This document shows, piece after piece, positions 17,235 to 29,400 of a stretch of DNA of 50,030 nt. The position numbers were made by a program, and so were the translations under genes. The notes below the pieces were generated by a model. It saw only the letters and a program-made list of their open reading frames with translations, did not search any database and was not told where the DNA came from. Position 1 is the stretch's first letter. Every line of letters begins with the position of its first letter. Source of the DNA: Bifidobacterium breve (GTDB taxonomy: Bacteria > Actinomycetota > Actinomycetes > S36-B12); the NCBI GenBank assembly GCA_945901095.1, contig CAMDKQ010000003.1, positions 1 to 50,030 of the forward strand, read 5' to 3'.

Positions 17235-18911
17235 GTGAACGCAGTGAACATCGGTAATCCGGCGGCCTTCGCCAATCCCGCATTCGTGCGCGACTGGGCC
17301 CATGCCGCCTTAGCAGGGTTGGGGGAGGCGAGGGCTGAGATTGATGCCATGAACGTTTTCCCTGTCCCTGATGGTGATACCGGCACGAATGTCTACCTCA
17401 CCATGGAAGCTGGGTGCGCGGGAATCGATGAGGCCATGGCCCTTGATTCCTCGATGCCGTCGGCGGTGATGGGGCTGGCCCGCGGGACCCTCCTCGGGGC
17501 TCGTGGCAACTCTGGGGTCATCCTGTCCCAGATCCTTCGCGGAACCGCTGAGGTTCTCGCCGCCATCCCCTCGGAGCGCGATATTCGCGGGACGGATATC
17601 GCTGCGATGCTTGAGCGCGGAACAGAACTGGCATACTTAGCGGTCGCGAAGCCGGTTGAAGGGACCATCCTCACCGTCGTGAGAGCAGCCGCGAACGCGG
17701 CGCGCTCGGCAAGTACCCACTCATCCGCGGTCTCTCCGGCGCAGGCTGCCGGGGCTGCGAGCGATGGAGCGGCGCAGGCCCTCGAGCAGACGCCCTCGCT
17801 GCTTGAGTCGTTGCGGATCGCAGGGGTCGTTGACGCTGGCGGGCGAGCGCTCGTCGTCGTGCTCGACGCCCTCGTCGACGTCCTTTCGGGGGCAAGGCGC
17901 ACCCCGGTGCAGGCCCGGAGGATGCAGGCCTCGGGGATGCAGGGCTCGGGGATGCAGGGCTCGAGGGTCCAGGGTGCCAGTGTGCAAGTCTCCGGGCCGC
18001 AGTCCTTTTCGGGGCCGCAGTATGAGGTGATGTACCTCCTCGACGCCGATGAGCCCTCGGTCGACAGGCTCCGGGTTGTCCTCGCGTCGATCGGCGACAG
18101 CCTCGTTGTGAGTGGTGCCGCACCGCTTTGGAATGTCCATGTTCACGCCGATAATCCCGGTGCCGCGGTGGAGGCGGGGATGGAGGCCGGCCGACCCCAT
18201 GGCATCCGAATCACGGCCCTCGACAATCAAGTCCTCGGAGGCGAGCGGCAGCCCCGCACCCTGGTCGCGGTGACCCACGGCCCCGGTACGGCCGCCCTCC
18301 TTCGAGAGGCCGGGGCCATTACCGTCGCGGCATTGCCGAATACTCGGCCCTCGACAGCGGAACTCCTCGCGGCGGTCCTTGCGTCGGGTGCAGATGACGT
18401 CATCATCTTGCCGAGTGATGGCGATACGTGCGCCGTAGCAGGTGTCGCGGCTGCCGAGGCACGGGCTGGGGGCGTTCGCGTCTCAGTCATTCCCACGAAG
18501 GCGATCGTGCAGACCCTTGCCGCGGCGGCTGTTCACGATCCGAGGGCACGATTCGAGGACGACGTTGTCGCGATGACCCGAGCAGCGGGCGCTACCCGCT
18601 ACGCCGCGGTTACCGTGGCATCGCGTGAGGTGCTCACCACGGCGGGTCCGTGTCGTATCGGTGACGTCCTCGGTCTCGTCGATGGCGACATCAGCGTCGT
18701 GGGTAAGGACTTAGGAGGGGTGGTCCGCGACCTGCTGAACGCCATGCTTGCCGCGGGGGGTGAGCTCGTGACCCTCGTCTTCGGGAGTGACGTGACGCCC
18801 GAATTTGCCGACAGCGTGACCTCGTGGCTTTCCGCGGAGCATCCGATGGTTGAGGTCACCGCGTATGACGGCGGCCAGCCGCTGTGGCCGGTCATCATTG
18901 GAGTCGAGTGA
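17235..18911 (+). CDS. DAK2-domain protein (fatty acid kinase FakA/YloV-like)
   Basis: NVFPVPDGDTGTN, GARGNSGVILSQ, PVEGTILTV, GVVDAGG, GGQP; start approximate. Confidence 0.93.
   Translation: MNAVNIGNPAAFANPAFVRDWAHAALAGLGEARAEIDAMNVFPVPDGDTGTNVYLTMEAGCAGIDEAMALDSSMPSAVMGLARGTLLGARGNSGVILSQILRGTAEVLAAIPSERDIRGTDIAAMLERGTELAYLAVAKPVEGTILTVVRAAANAARSASTHSSAVSPAQAAGAASDGAAQALEQTPSLLESLRIAGVVDAGGRALVVVLDALVDVLSGARRTPVQARRMQASGMQGSGMQGSRVQGASVQVSGPQSFSGPQYEVMYLLDADEPSVDRLRVVLASIGDSLVVSGAAPLWNVHVHADNPGAAVEAGMEAGRPHGIRITALDNQVLGGERQPRTLVAVTHGPGTAALLREAGAITVAALPNTRPSTAELLAAVLASGADDVIILPSDGDTCAVAGVAAAEARAGGVRVSVIPTKAIVQTLAAAAVHDPRARFEDDVVAMTRAAGATRYAAVTVASREVLTTAGPCRIGDVLGLVDGDISVVGKDLGGVVRDLLNAMLAAGGELVTLVFGSDVTPEFADSVTSWLSAEHPMVEVTAYDGGQPLWPVIIGVE
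17906..17995 (+). repeat. Degenerate 15-bp in-frame tandem repeat, about 6 copies
   Basis: GATGCAGG(C/G)CTCG(G/A)G core units encoding MQASG MQGSG MQGSR. Confidence 0.8.
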
Positions 18912-21127
18912 GCGTGGAGCAGACGGACCTCGGACAGTCGCTGTCGAGGGTGATCGGCGGGAAGAGCGCCAAGGCGTTGGAAAAGGCCTTCGGGATGACG
19001 ACCGTCGACGATCTGCTCCGTCACTATCCGCGCCGTTACGCCCAACGAGGGATCCTCACCGAACTCGCCACCCTCGACGAGGGTGTCACGGTGACCGTCC
19101 TCGCAGATATCCAGACGGTGAAGGTCCGCGCGATGCGGGAGCGTCGTGGGACGATCCTTGAGGCCATCGTGACCGATGGACAGGGGACCCTGGTGCTCAC
19201 CTTTTTCAACCAGAAGTGGCGAGAGAAAGAATTGCGTCCCGGAAGGCGCGGACTGTTCGCGGGTGAGATCTCCACCTTCAGCGGCCGGCGGCAGCTCGCC
19301 CATCCCAACTGTTTGCTCCTGCCTGATGGCGTCGATGACGACCCTGAGGTGATCGCAGCCTTTGCCAGCGAACTCATCCCGTTCTACCCGGCAACCTCGA
19401 CCGTCACTTCGTGGCAGATTGCTGATGCGATCCGCATCGTCCTCGACACCCTTGGCGACCTCCCGGACCCCATTCCTGATGAGGTACGGCAGGTCGAGGG
19501 CATCATCGGGCTGGCTCAGGCTCTTGCCCAGATCCATCGCCCAGCCAACGACATCGAGCTGGTCCAGGCGCAGGACCGACTGCGGTTCGAAGAGGCATTC
19601 GTCCTGCAGGTGGTCCTTGCCCAGAGACGCGCTGAGATGGCCTTGATGCCCGCTACGGCCAGAGTCGTGGGCGATGGACCCCTGCAGCGCGCCTTCGATG
19701 AGCATCTGCCGTTCGCGCTGACCCGGGGCCAGATCGAGGTCGGCGAGGAGATTGCCGTTGACCTCGCTGCCAGCCACCCGATGCACCGGCTCGTGCAGGG
19801 GGATGTGGGGAGCGGCAAGACGATTGTCGCCCTTCGCGCAATGCTCGGTGTCGTCGATGCCGGCGGGCAGGCGGCACTGCTCGCTCCGACCGAGGTTCTC
19901 GCCGTTCAGCACCACCGGACCATCACCGCGATGCTGGGCCCCCTTGCCCAGGCGGGGATGCTCGGCGGCGATGTCAACGGAACGAAGGTCGCGCTCCTCA
20001 CCGGCTCACAGCGCACCGCCACCCGGCGCCGCGAGCTTCTCGATGTCATCTCGGGGGATGCCGGGATCGTGGTCGGAACGCATGCGCTCATTCAGGACAC
20101 CGTCCAGTTTCGCGATCTTGGGCTCGTTGTCATCGATGAGCAGCACAGATTCGGTGTCGAGCAGCGGGCTGCCCTCGCGGCGAAGGCGCGAGGTGACCTT
20201 CGACCGCACGTCATCGTCATGACGGCGACCCCGATTCCACGAACCGTCGCAATGACCGTTTTCGGAGATCTCGACGTCTCGACCCTTCGAGAACTCCCGG
20301 CAGGCCGACGTCCGGTGGCGACCCATGTGGTGCCCGTTCGCGAGCAACCCGCGTTGGTCAAACGGGCCTGGGCTCGGGTACGAGAAGAGGTTGATGCTGG
20401 TCACCGTGTGTTCGTCGTATGCCCGCGAATTGGCGAAGACGAGAGCAGGGAGGCGGATGACGACATCGCGACCCAAGAGGGAGGGATCGCAGGGGAGGAG
20501 CCAACGGCGGCCTCGGTGATCTCCGTCGCCAAGAGGTTGGCGGACGGTGAGTTGGCCAGCCTTCGTGTCGGCGTCCTCCACGGTCGCATGACCGGTGAGG
20601 AGAAGGACGATGCGATGCGCCGATTCGCCAGCGACACGGGAGACACGCGGATCGAAGTTCTCGTCGCGACCACCGTGATTGAGGTTGGGGTCGATGTGAC
20701 GAATGCCACGGCAATCGTCATCATCGATGCTGACCGGTTCGGGATCTCCCAGCTCCACCAACTCCGCGGACGCGTCGGACGCGGGAATCTTCCGAGCCTG
20801 TGCCTGCTGCTCACCGAGATGCCCCAGGGGAGTCCTGCGCGCGCGCGACTTGACGCTGTAGCGGCGACAACCGACGGTTTCGAACTCGCGCAGCTCGACC
20901 TTGAGTTGCGTCGCGAGGGTGATGTGCTCGGGTCGTCTCAATCCGGCGTGCGCAGCTCTCTGCGACTGCTCGAGGTGGTGCGCGACGAGGACGTCATTGT
21001 GCGGGCCCGTGCGGCCGCGGTCTCCATCGTCGAGGCCGATCCCACCTTGGCTTCCGCACCAGGCCTCGTGAGCGCCATCCATGCGCTCGTGCCGGACGAG
21101 CAGGCGGACTTCATGGAGAAGGCGTGA
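18908..21127 (+). CDS. recG: ATP-dependent DNA helicase RecG
   Basis: QGDVGSGKT, DEQHRFGVEQR, MTATPIPR, QLHQLRGRVGRG; GTGA overlap with upstream stop. Confidence 0.98.
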   Translation: MSVEQTDLGQSLSRVIGGKSAKALEKAFGMTTVDDLLRHYPRRYAQRGILTELATLDEGVTVTVLADIQTVKVRAMRERRGTILEAIVTDGQGTLVLTFFNQKWREKELRPGRRGLFAGEISTFSGRRQLAHPNCLLLPDGVDDDPEVIAAFASELIPFYPATSTVTSWQIADAIRIVLDTLGDLPDPIPDEVRQVEGIIGLAQALAQIHRPANDIELVQAQDRLRFEEAFVLQVVLAQRRAEMALMPATARVVGDGPLQRAFDEHLPFALTRGQIEVGEEIAVDLAASHPMHRLVQGDVGSGKTIVALRAMLGVVDAGGQAALLAPTEVLAVQHHRTITAMLGPLAQAGMLGGDVNGTKVALLTGSQRTATRRRELLDVISGDAGIVVGTHALIQDTVQFRDLGLVVIDEQHRFGVEQRAALAAKARGDLRPHVIVMTATPIPRTVAMTVFGDLDVSTLRELPAGRRPVATHVVPVREQPALVKRAWARVREEVDAGHRVFVVCPRIGEDESREADDDIATQEGGIAGEEPTAASVISVAKRLADGELASLRVGVLHGRMTGEEKDDAMRRFASDTGDTRIEVLVATTVIEVGVDVTNATAIVIIDADRFGISQLHQLRGRVGRGNLPSLCLLLTEMPQGSPARARLDAVAATTDGFELAQLDLELRREGDVLGSSQSGVRSSLRLLEVVRDEDVIVRARAAAVSIVEADPTLASAPGLVSAIHALVPDEQADFMEKA

Positions 21128-21163
21128 CGAGCATGGCGATCGTATGAGGTTGGGGGGCCGGGG

Positions 21164-21775
21164 GTGACCCGGATTATCGCCGGCTCTGCACGGGGAAGAC
21201 GGCTCAGCGTCCCGATCCGAGGTACCCGCCCAACCTCCGACCGGGTGCGGGAAGCCTTGTTCTCCACGGTCACGTCAATGCAGGCCGAGCAGGGAACCGG
21301 CTGGCGTGAGGTCCACGTGCTCGATTGCTACGCCGGATCTGGCGCCCTTGGGCTTGAGGCCCTCAGTCGTGGTGCGGCTTCGGTCGTCCTCATCGAGAGC
21401 CAGGTCTCGGCCGCAGACGTCATCCGAGGAAACATCGCAACACTCGGGCTATCGGGAGCAAGCGTCGTCTGTGCGACCGTGCGGACTGCCGCTGGTCGGC
21501 CGAAGGCAGGCCCTCCCGCGTCGCTCATCCTCCTTGATCCCCCGTACGAGAACGGAGCCACCACTATCGCCAAGGATCTCAAGGGGCTTGATGCGGGGGG
21601 CTGGATCGCCCCGGCCGCCATCGGGGTCGTCGAACGGCCGCGGGCGGATGAGACATCGCCATTTCCTGCCGAATGGTCATTCGTCCGCCGGCGTTCCTAC
21701 GGTGATACCGCACTTTGGTACGGTCAGCGTACTTCGGCTATGGAGGTCGTCGACGGGGATTCTGGAGGCCAGTGA
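21164..21775 (+). CDS. rsmD: 16S rRNA m2G966 methyltransferase
   Basis: RIIAGSARGR, RPTSDRVREALF, GSGALGLEALSRGA, DPPY. Confidence 0.95.
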   Translation: MTRIIAGSARGRRLSVPIRGTRPTSDRVREALFSTVTSMQAEQGTGWREVHVLDCYAGSGALGLEALSRGAASVVLIESQVSAADVIRGNIATLGLSGASVVCATVRTAAGRPKAGPPASLILLDPPYENGATTIAKDLKGLDAGGWIAPAAIGVVERPRADETSPFPAEWSFVRRRSYGDTALWYGQRTSAMEVVDGDSGGQ

Positions 21776-22272
21776 TGCGTATTGCGGTGTGCCCGGGATC
21801 ATTCGACCCGGTGACGAACGGCCATTTTGACGTGTTCGCGCGAGCAGCGGACCTCGCCGATGAGGTCGTTGTCGCAGTCCTGCACAACAAGTCCAAGTCG
21901 AGCCTGTTCACCGTGGATGAGCGCATTGAAATCCTTCGTGAGGTGGTGGCGCCGCTCGGGAACATCCGCATCGACTCATTTCACGGACTCCTCGTTGACT
22001 ACTGCCGTGACAATGGAATCAAGGCGATCGTCAAGGGCCTTCGGGCGGTGAGCGACTTCGACTACGAGTTCCAGATGGCCCAGATGAACTACCGGTTGGC
22101 CAAGGTCGAGACCCTGTTCGTGTCGACGAATCCGCTCTACAGCTACCTGTCCTCAAGCCTTGTCAAGGAGGTCGCGACCTACGGGGGCGATGTTCACGGT
22201 CTGGTTCCCGAGGTCGTGTTGGAGCGACTGCAGCGACGCATCTCAGAGACAATGGGTTCAGCGGGACGCTGA
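21775..22272 (+). CDS. coaD: Pantetheine-phosphate adenylyltransferase
   Basis: PGSFDPVTNGH, KGLRAVSDFDYE, SSSLVKEVA. Confidence 0.97.
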   Translation: MRIAVCPGSFDPVTNGHFDVFARAADLADEVVVAVLHNKSKSSLFTVDERIEILREVVAPLGNIRIDSFHGLLVDYCRDNGIKAIVKGLRAVSDFDYEFQMAQMNYRLAKVETLFVSTNPLYSYLSSSLVKEVATYGGDVHGLVPEVVLERLQRRISETMGSAGR

Positions 22273-22322
22273 GCCGACCGTCGGCGCTCCCTGCGCTGCC
22301 GGGAAACGGAGGAGATCACCGA

Positions 22323-22829
22323 GTGGACGTGCAACAAAGACTGACGGAACTCGCCGTCCTCATTGAGGAGGCGAAGTCGATGCCGCTGTCGGCTTCATGC
22401 ATCGTCAACCGGCCGTTGGTGCTCGACCTCATCGACGAGATTCGGCACCTGCTGCCGGAATCCGTCCATCGGGCGGATGCCCTGCTCGCAGACAGCGAAG
22501 CTGTCGTCCTCGAGGGCCGCCGGGAGGCGAATCGGATCATCGACAGGGCTCGAAGCGAGGCAGATCGCCTCACATCTGGGCACGAGGTGTACCTTGCGGC
22601 GGTGTCCGAGGCGCAGGCCCTGCGTAGCCAGGTCGAATCGGAGAGCGATCGCATGCGCCGCGAGACCGACGACTACATCGACGCCAAGCTTGCGACCTTC
22701 GAGATCACCCTCCAAAAGAGCCTCCAGATCGTCGACCGTGCCCGCGACCGACTTCGCGGTCAGATCTATCAGGAGCTTGCCCCCGAACCGCCTAACTATG
22801 TCGATGAGCTCTACGACGAGAGGCGCTGA
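22323..22829 (+). CDS. Coiled-coil cell division protein (SepIVA/DivIVA-like)
   Basis: IEEAKSMPLSASCIVNR, DDYIDAKLATFE; usual position between coaD and yceD. Confidence 0.75.
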   Translation: MDVQQRLTELAVLIEEAKSMPLSASCIVNRPLVLDLIDEIRHLLPESVHRADALLADSEAVVLEGRREANRIIDRARSEADRLTSGHEVYLAAVSEAQALRSQVESESDRMRRETDDYIDAKLATFEITLQKSLQIVDRARDRLRGQIYQELAPEPPNYVDELYDERR

Positions 22830-22962
22830 CGACCGGTGATGATGCCGCCATTGCCGTGGTCGCGGGGGTTCGTTTTCGTCTGAGACGCGGTCCGCGGTAT
22901 TATTTGGACAAACAGCCTCTCGCGGGGCCACAGTTGCCCATGCCTCATCCGTAAGGGGAGCA

Positions 22963-23535
22963 GTGAACACCCTCGACCCATCCGGCGCGCTTGTCCTTGA
23001 CTTGCGAGCGCTGGGCTTGCAACAGCGGGCCGGGTCGATGGTCACTGTCGACCGAACAGTGCCGGCCCCGGGCAGCCTCGGTGTCGCGTTGGCCACTGTC
23101 CCCGTAGGGTCACCCGTCGAACTTGAACTTCGACTGGAATCTGTGATGGAGGGGGTCTTGGTCTCCGGGACTGCGGATATCCACGTCGACGCAGAGTGCG
23201 CGCGCTGTCTGGATCCGCTCGAATGGGATGAGGCAGTCGATTTCAGCGAGTTGTTCGTCTACGCCGACACGGATGGTCGTGCAGGGGCGGTCGTAGAACT
23301 CGGTGATGACGAAGACCCGTTGCCGGGGATTCGGGACGATTTGATCGACCTGGAGCCGACTCTGCGTGATGCGGTGGTGCTGGGCCTGCCCCTGTCGCCG
23401 GTGTGTCGCGAGGAATGTTCGGGTCTGTGCTCCGAGTGCGGGGTGCGGCTCGATAGTGCTCCCGGGCATGCGCACGAAATGACCGATCCACGATGGGCGG
23501 CACTCGCCGGCCTCGTGGAGCCAGATGAGCAGTAG
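22963..23535 (+). CDS. YceD/DUF177 metal-binding protein
   Basis: LESVMEGVLV, ECARCL, CREECSGLCSECG, DPRWAAL. Confidence 0.92.
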   Translation: MNTLDPSGALVLDLRALGLQQRAGSMVTVDRTVPAPGSLGVALATVPVGSPVELELRLESVMEGVLVSGTADIHVDAECARCLDPLEWDEAVDFSELFVYADTDGRAGAVVELGDDEDPLPGIRDDLIDLEPTLRDAVVLGLPLSPVCREECSGLCSECGVRLDSAPGHAHEMTDPRWAALAGLVEPDEQ

Positions 23536-23553
23536 CGAAGCAGAGGAAGCAAC

Positions 23554-23727
23554 GTGCCAGTACCGAAGAGGAAGATGTCGCGCTCCAACACCCGGAGCCG
23601 TCGCGCTCAGTGGAAGACCACTGTGCCGAACCTCGTGACATGCGCCACCTGTCGGCAGAAGCGCCTGTCTCACACGGCGTGCCCGACCTGTGGCACGTAC
23701 GCCAAGCGCCGCGTCCTCGACGTCTAG
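23554..23727 (+). CDS. rpmF: 50S ribosomal protein L32 (absent from ORF track)
   Basis: Manual translation [35 protein letters not shown]. Confidence 0.96.
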   Translation: MPVPKRKMSRSNTRSRRAQWKTTVPNLVTCATCRQKRLSHTACPTCGTYAKRRVLDV

Positions 23728-23733
23728 GCTGAA

Positions 23734-24777
23734 GTGGCCCGAGTCGCCCTAGACCTGCTGGGCGGCGACGGTGCTCCCGAGGTCGTGGCCGATGCCGTCG
23801 TCACCCTCCTTGAGGAGGACGCCGACATCGACCTTGTCCTCGTGGGCCCACCGGATGTTGCCGCCGAACTCCTTCATTCCCGGGGTGTTCGCCTCGGTCG
23901 CGTGGACGTGTTACCCGCGTTCGACGTTGTTCCGATGGACGCCAACCCGCTTGAGGTACTTCGGATCGACACCTCCCGAGATGTCCCGCGCGTGAGCGTG
24001 ATGGTGGCCGCGCTCGCCGTGGGCACTGGGGCTGCAGACGCTTGGGTATCGGTAGGTCATACCGGTGCAGTGGTCTCTGCCGCGGTCCTCGCTTGCGGCA
24101 AGGTCCCCGGGATGACGAGGCCTGCGCTCGCGGTCGTGCTGCCCGCGATCCATGGGCCCGTCGTGCTCGTTGATGCTGGAGCATTCCTCGACGCCTCTGC
24201 CGAGACGCTGACGCAGGTTGCGATGGCTGGATGGAGCTATGCGCTAGCCCTCGGGGTGCTGGAGCCGAAGGTGGGGCTCCTCAATATCGGTCATGAACCG
24301 GGAAAGGGCGATGAACTCCGCTCCCTCGCCTTCGAGGAACTTGCCTCTCGATTGCCACCGCTCGGGATTGATTTCATCGGGAACATCGAAGGGGGCGACG
24401 TGGCTGATGGGCTGCGTGCCCAAGTCGTTGTCACGGATGGGTTCACTGGAAATGTGCTACTCAAGGGCATCGAGGGCACCGTCGCCTGGGCGACTCAACG
24501 GATCGGCGAAGCCTATGGTGATGTCGGTCCAGCGCGCGGCCTCATTCGGCAGGTCGCGGGCGGCGACTTCGCTGGGGGCCTGCTCTTGGGTGTCAATGGT
24601 GTCGCGGTGGTCGGGCATGGGTCCGGATCCGCGAATGGGGTTCGAGCCTGCGTGCGACTTGCCGCCCGGGCTGCTGACCGGGGAATCGTCGAAATGACCC
24701 GAAACTTATTCGCCTCACTCGCCGAAAGGCCCGTGGTTGAGTGGCAGGCCAACACCGATGACGAAGGCGGGTCATGA
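23734..24777 (+). CDS. plsX: Phosphate acyltransferase PlsX
   Basis: [50 protein letters not shown]. Confidence 0.92.
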   Translation: MARVALDLLGGDGAPEVVADAVVTLLEEDADIDLVLVGPPDVAAELLHSRGVRLGRVDVLPAFDVVPMDANPLEVLRIDTSRDVPRVSVMVAALAVGTGAADAWVSVGHTGAVVSAAVLACGKVPGMTRPALAVVLPAIHGPVVLVDAGAFLDASAETLTQVAMAGWSYALALGVLEPKVGLLNIGHEPGKGDELRSLAFEELASRLPPLGIDFIGNIEGGDVADGLRAQVVVTDGFTGNVLLKGIEGTVAWATQRIGEAYGDVGPARGLIRQVAGGDFAGGLLLGVNGVAVVGHGSGSANGVRACVRLAARAADRGIVEMTRNLFASLAERPVVEWQANTDDEGGS

Positions 24778-25478
24778 ACAAGCGAGACGCGCGCCTGCTG
24801 GAATTGCGCGAGATCCTCTCCGTTGAGATCGATGCCTCGATGCTCAACCTTGCACTCACCCATCGCTCCTATGCCTATGAGCATGGCGGACTTCCACATA
24901 ATGAGCGGCTGGAGTTCCTTGGGGATTCTGTGCTCGGCATTGTCGTCACCGACACCCTCTACCGGACCTATCCCGACCTCCCCGAGGGCCAATTGGCCAA
25001 GTTGCGAGCCGCCGTCGTCAACGCCAGGGCCCTCGCCGACGTAGCGCGGACCCTGGACCTCGGCAGCTACCTGCTGCTCGGGCGGGGTGAGGAGACCACC
25101 GGTGGCCGCGACAAACTTTCGATCCTCGCGGATGCCATGGAGGCGGTGATTGGCGCCGTCTACCTGTCCGCAGGGCCGTCAGGGTCGAGCGAACTCGTCC
25201 ACCGGCTCTTCGACCCGCTCATCAGGGCCTCGGCGCTCCTTGGAGCCGGCCTTGACTGGAAGACCTCCCTGCAGGAGGCCGCAGCCAACGCGGGCCTCGG
25301 ATTGCCCGACTATCAGGTCAAGGATTCAGGCCTTGACCATGAGAAGGAATTCGATGCACGTGTCGTCATCGCGGGTGAACCCCTTGGCTTCGGCCACGGC
25401 CGGTCGAAGAAGGTAGCCGAACAGGAGGCGGCAGAGCAGGCGTATCGCGCGCTTATCGAACGCGCGGCGGCTCGCTGA
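24774..25478 (+). CDS. rnc: Ribonuclease III
   Basis: [18 protein letters not shown], ds[11 protein letters not shown] and SKKVAEQ. Confidence 0.98.
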   Translation: MNKRDARLLELREILSVEIDASMLNLALTHRSYAYEHGGLPHNERLEFLGDSVLGIVVTDTLYRTYPDLPEGQLAKLRAAVVNARALADVARTLDLGSYLLLGRGEETTGGRDKLSILADAMEAVIGAVYLSAGPSGSSELVHRLFDPLIRASALLGAGLDWKTSLQEAAANAGLGLPDYQVKDSGLDHEKEFDARVVIAGEPLGFGHGRSKKVAEQEAAEQAYRALIERAAAR

Positions 25479-25479
25479 C

Positions 25480-26328
25480 GTGCCCGAACTCCCGGAGGTC
25501 GAGGTCGTAAGGCGCGGTCTCGATCGCTGGGTCACCGGCCGGATCATCGCCGATGCAGAAGTGCTCCATGCGCGGGCTGTGCGCAGGCACGAGGGCTCGC
25601 TGAGCGAGGACCTCATCGGTGAGCAGATCCGCTGCGTGAGCCGTCGCGGAAAGTATTTGTGGATGCCGCTCAGCGGATCCGATGCCGCACTCGTGGCACA
25701 TCTTGGGATGAGTGGTCAGCTGCTCATGCAGCCGGGATTGACCCCAGATGAGGCACATCTCCGAGTGCGGTTCACCTTCACAGACCGAGGACCCGAACTC
25801 CGCTTCGTCGACCAGCGAACCTTCGGCGGCCTCATGGTTGCCCCACTCGTGCCCGACGGTGCCAGCGGTCAACTACCCGGGATCATCAGCCACATTGCCC
25901 GGGATCCACTCGATCCAGCATTCGACGAGGAGGCCTTTGAGACGCGGCTACGCGCCCGCGATACCGAGATCAAGCGAGCCCTCCTCGACCAGTCCCTCAT
26001 CTCGGGCATTGGAAACATCTACGCGGATGAGGCACTCTGGCGGGCCGGGCTGCACGGCAGGTGCAGGACCGGGTTGCTCGATGGCTCGAGGGTTCAAGAT
26101 CTCATCACCCACGTGCGTGCGGTGATGATCGAGGCGCTCGCCCAAGGAGGCACGAGCTTCGATTCCCTCTACGTGAACGTCAATGGTGAAAGTGGATATT
26201 TCGACCGCTCCCTAGATGCATATGGTCAGGAGGGGGAGCCGTGCTCCCGCTGCGGCACGCTGATTGAGCGAGAGCGGTTCATGAATCGCTCGAGCGCCTT
26301 TTGTCCGCGGTGTCAGCCGATATCTTGA
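25480..26328 (+). CDS. mutM: Formamidopyrimidine-DNA glycosylase
   Basis: [29 protein letters not shown]-terminal zinc finger. Confidence 0.97.
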   Translation: MPELPEVEVVRRGLDRWVTGRIIADAEVLHARAVRRHEGSLSEDLIGEQIRCVSRRGKYLWMPLSGSDAALVAHLGMSGQLLMQPGLTPDEAHLRVRFTFTDRGPELRFVDQRTFGGLMVAPLVPDGASGQLPGIISHIARDPLDPAFDEEAFETRLRARDTEIKRALLDQSLISGIGNIYADEALWRAGLHGRCRTGLLDGSRVQDLITHVRAVMIEALAQGGTSFDSLYVNVNGESGYFDRSLDAYGQEGEPCSRCGTLIERERFMNRSSAFCPRCQPIS

Positions 26329-26414
26329 TTGGCCTACGTCGATTGGCCTCCCGGTAGGCTGCACAGGCTAAGACTGACCGACGAATCGCATCACCCACCG
26401 ACCACCGGAGAACC

Positions 26415-29400
26415 GTGCACCTCAAGACGTTGACCCTGAAGGGCTTCAAGTCCTTCGCATCTTCAACGACCCTGCACCTTGAGCCCGGGGTGACTTGCGT
26501 CGTGGGTCCGAACGGCTCCGGCAAATCCAATGTGGTCGACGCGCTCGCGTGGGTGATGGGGGAACAGGGTGCGAAGTCCCTACGCGGCGGCAAGATGGAG
26601 GACGTCATCTTCTCCGGCACGACCGGCAGGGCACCTCTGGGACGTGCGGAGGTTTCGGTCACGATCGACAACTCCGATGGCAAGCTTCCCATCGAGTACG
26701 CCGAGGTCACCATCTCGCGCACCCTCTTCCGCAATGGCGGATCTGAGTACGCCATCAACGGTGAGACGGCGCGATTGCTCGATGTTCAGGAGCTTCTCAG
26801 TGACTCGGGGATCGGTCGTGAGATGCACGTCATCGTCGGGCAGAACCGGCTCACCGCAATCCTCGAGGCCACCCCAGAGGACCGGCGAGGCATCATCGAG
26901 GAGGCTGCCGGGGTTCTCAAACACCGGAAGCGCAAGGAAAAGGCACTGCGAAAGATCGAGTCCATGCAGGCGAATCTCGTTCGGCTCCAGGACCTCACGA
27001 ATGAGTTGCGTCGCCAACTGAAGCCGCTGGGCCGGCAGGCTGAGGTCGCGCGTCGTGCAGTGGTCATCCAGTCTGATGTACGAGATGCTCGGCTGAGACT
27101 CATGGCCGATGACCTCACGCAGATGCGCGATGCGCTCGCAGCAGAGGTCGCCGATGAAACCGCCCTGCGCGACCGGCAGGCGCAGGTTGATGGACTGCTC
27201 GCTGGGCTGCGATCTCAGGAGGCCGATGCCGAGGCGGCGGTCGAACTCGAGGCCCCGCGGGTCGCTGATGCGCAGAACACCTGGTTTGCCCTGAGCGGCC
27301 TGCGCGAGCGGTTCAACGGACTCGTTCAAGTGGGTGCAGAACGAACTCGTCACCTCCAGCCGGAGCCCGAGGAGGAGTCGTCCGGACGCGATCCCGAGCA
27401 GATTGAGACCGAAGCGCGCGGGCTGCGGGAGCAGGAGTTTGACCTTGGCCGCGAGGTCGAGGTCGCACGAGAGGCACTTGCAGCATCTGAGGCTGCACGC
27501 CATGCTGCCGAGCAGGCGGCTGTCCTTGAGGAGCGCCGCATCGCCAGCGCGGAACGTGCAGCTGCTGATCGCCGAGAGGGGCTGGCGAAGGTCACCGGCC
27601 AGGTCAACGCCGCGAGATCACGGCTTGAGACACGGTCCAATGAAATTGAGCGGCTCGAGGCCGCTGTGGCGGAGGCGCGCGAGCGTGGGGAGGTGGCCCA
27701 AGCCGAGTTCCAGTCAATTGAGGTCCAGGTTGCCGGCCTCGACGAGGGCGAACTTGGCCTTGATGACGAGTATGAACAGGCGAACGGACTCCTCGAGGTC
27801 GCCGACGCGGTGGTCGAGGAACTGCGCACCGCCGAGTCGGTGAATGAGCGGGAGCGAGGCGCTTTGAGCGCCCGTCTCGGAGCCCTAGAGCTCGGGCTCT
27901 CCCGCAAGGACGCGGCGGCTGTGCTCGTATCGTCCTCGGAGCAGCTTCCTGGGGTTCTCGGATCGCTCGCGAGCCTTCTTCATATTGAGCCGGGGGCACA
28001 GGCGGCGGTCGCCGCAGCCTTGGGCGATATCTCCGACGCCGTGGTGGTCCGCGGGTTTGATTCTGCGGTGTCGTCATTGGTCCTCCTCAAGGAGCAGGAC
28101 GCCGGCCGCGCCGCATTGGTCGTGACAGGGCTGAGTCCCCTCGAGGGAGAGGTGGCGCCCCATCCTGGTTCCCTCTCCATCGGTCGCTGGCTGCGCGAGA
28201 CCGTCCGTTGCGATGGTGATGTTCGCCCGGTCGTTGACCGCCTGCTGGCTCGAATTGTGCTCGTCAGCGATATCGGAGAGGTGGCGCGCGCCCTGCAGGA
28301 GCGGCCCGATCTCGTATTCGTGACCGATGCGGGCGATATTTTCGCCGATGGCGTCGTTCACGGCGGTTCGACGAGTGCACCGAGCCTGCTCGAAGTGAAG
28401 GCCGCCTACGACGAGACCGAGCAGGCACTCGAGGTCGCAACCCATGCGGTCGAGCGTTCGAGGTTCGACCTAGTGGCCGCAAAGGAGACGCAACGGCTGG
28501 CCGCCGAGCGGGTGGAGAACGCACTCACCCGACTCCACGAATCCGATGCTCGGATGGCCGCGGTTGCCGAGCAGCTAGGCCAACTCGGGCAGGTCGCCCG
28601 AGCGGCGGCGGCGGAGGCGCAGCGGCTGGGGCTGGCTCTGGTCGCGGCGCAGAATGCTCGAGAGACTGACATGGCTGCCGTTGCGGAGCTTCAACAGCGG
28701 CTGAATTCGGCGCAGGTTGAGCCGGAGACGTCCGATCTTCAGGATCTTCGCAGTGAGCTCGCAGTGGTGGCAAGGGAGGCGCGGCAGCGTGAGGTCGACG
28801 CCAGACTGTCCCTGCGCACGGGCGAGGAGCGCGTGGCTGCGGTCGGAATTCGGGCCGAGCAACTCGAACGCGCGGCTAAGGCTGAGCGTCAGGCGCGCGT
28901 TGCCGCAGTCGAGCGGCGCGAACGTCGTGCGCGTGAACTCGTTGTAGCTCAGGCGGTGCTGATCGCGTCAAGGGTGGCGCTGTCCCGGATTGAGGCCTCG
29001 GTCGCTGATGCCAGCCGGGCCCGGCTCGAGGTTGAGCGGATCACCAAGGAGCGCGATGCGACCCTGATCGTTGTTCGCGGTCGTATTCGCGAGTTGAGTG
29101 CTGAACTTGGACTGCTCAAGGACAGCGTGCACCGCGACGAGGTCGCCCGAGCCGAACAGCGCATGCGGATCGAGCGAGTCCAGGACAAGGTCCTCGAGGA
29201 CTTCGGGATCGACACGGCGGTCCTCATCGCGGAGTACGGGCCCGATCAACTCGTGCCGCCGAGTCCGGTGGCGCCGGGCGATGAGGTCCCAGCTGACGCA
29301 CCTGAGCCCGAGCCCTATCCGTACGTCCGAGCTGAGCAGGCCAAGCGGCTGAAGGAGGCCGAGAAGGGCCTTGCGCTCCTCGGACGCGTGAATCCCCTCG

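Noticed and set aside
18599-21082. Long antisense ORFs (438 aa and 358 aa) opposite recG
   Set aside because: Shadow ORFs expected from high-GC codon bias; no recognisable motifs.
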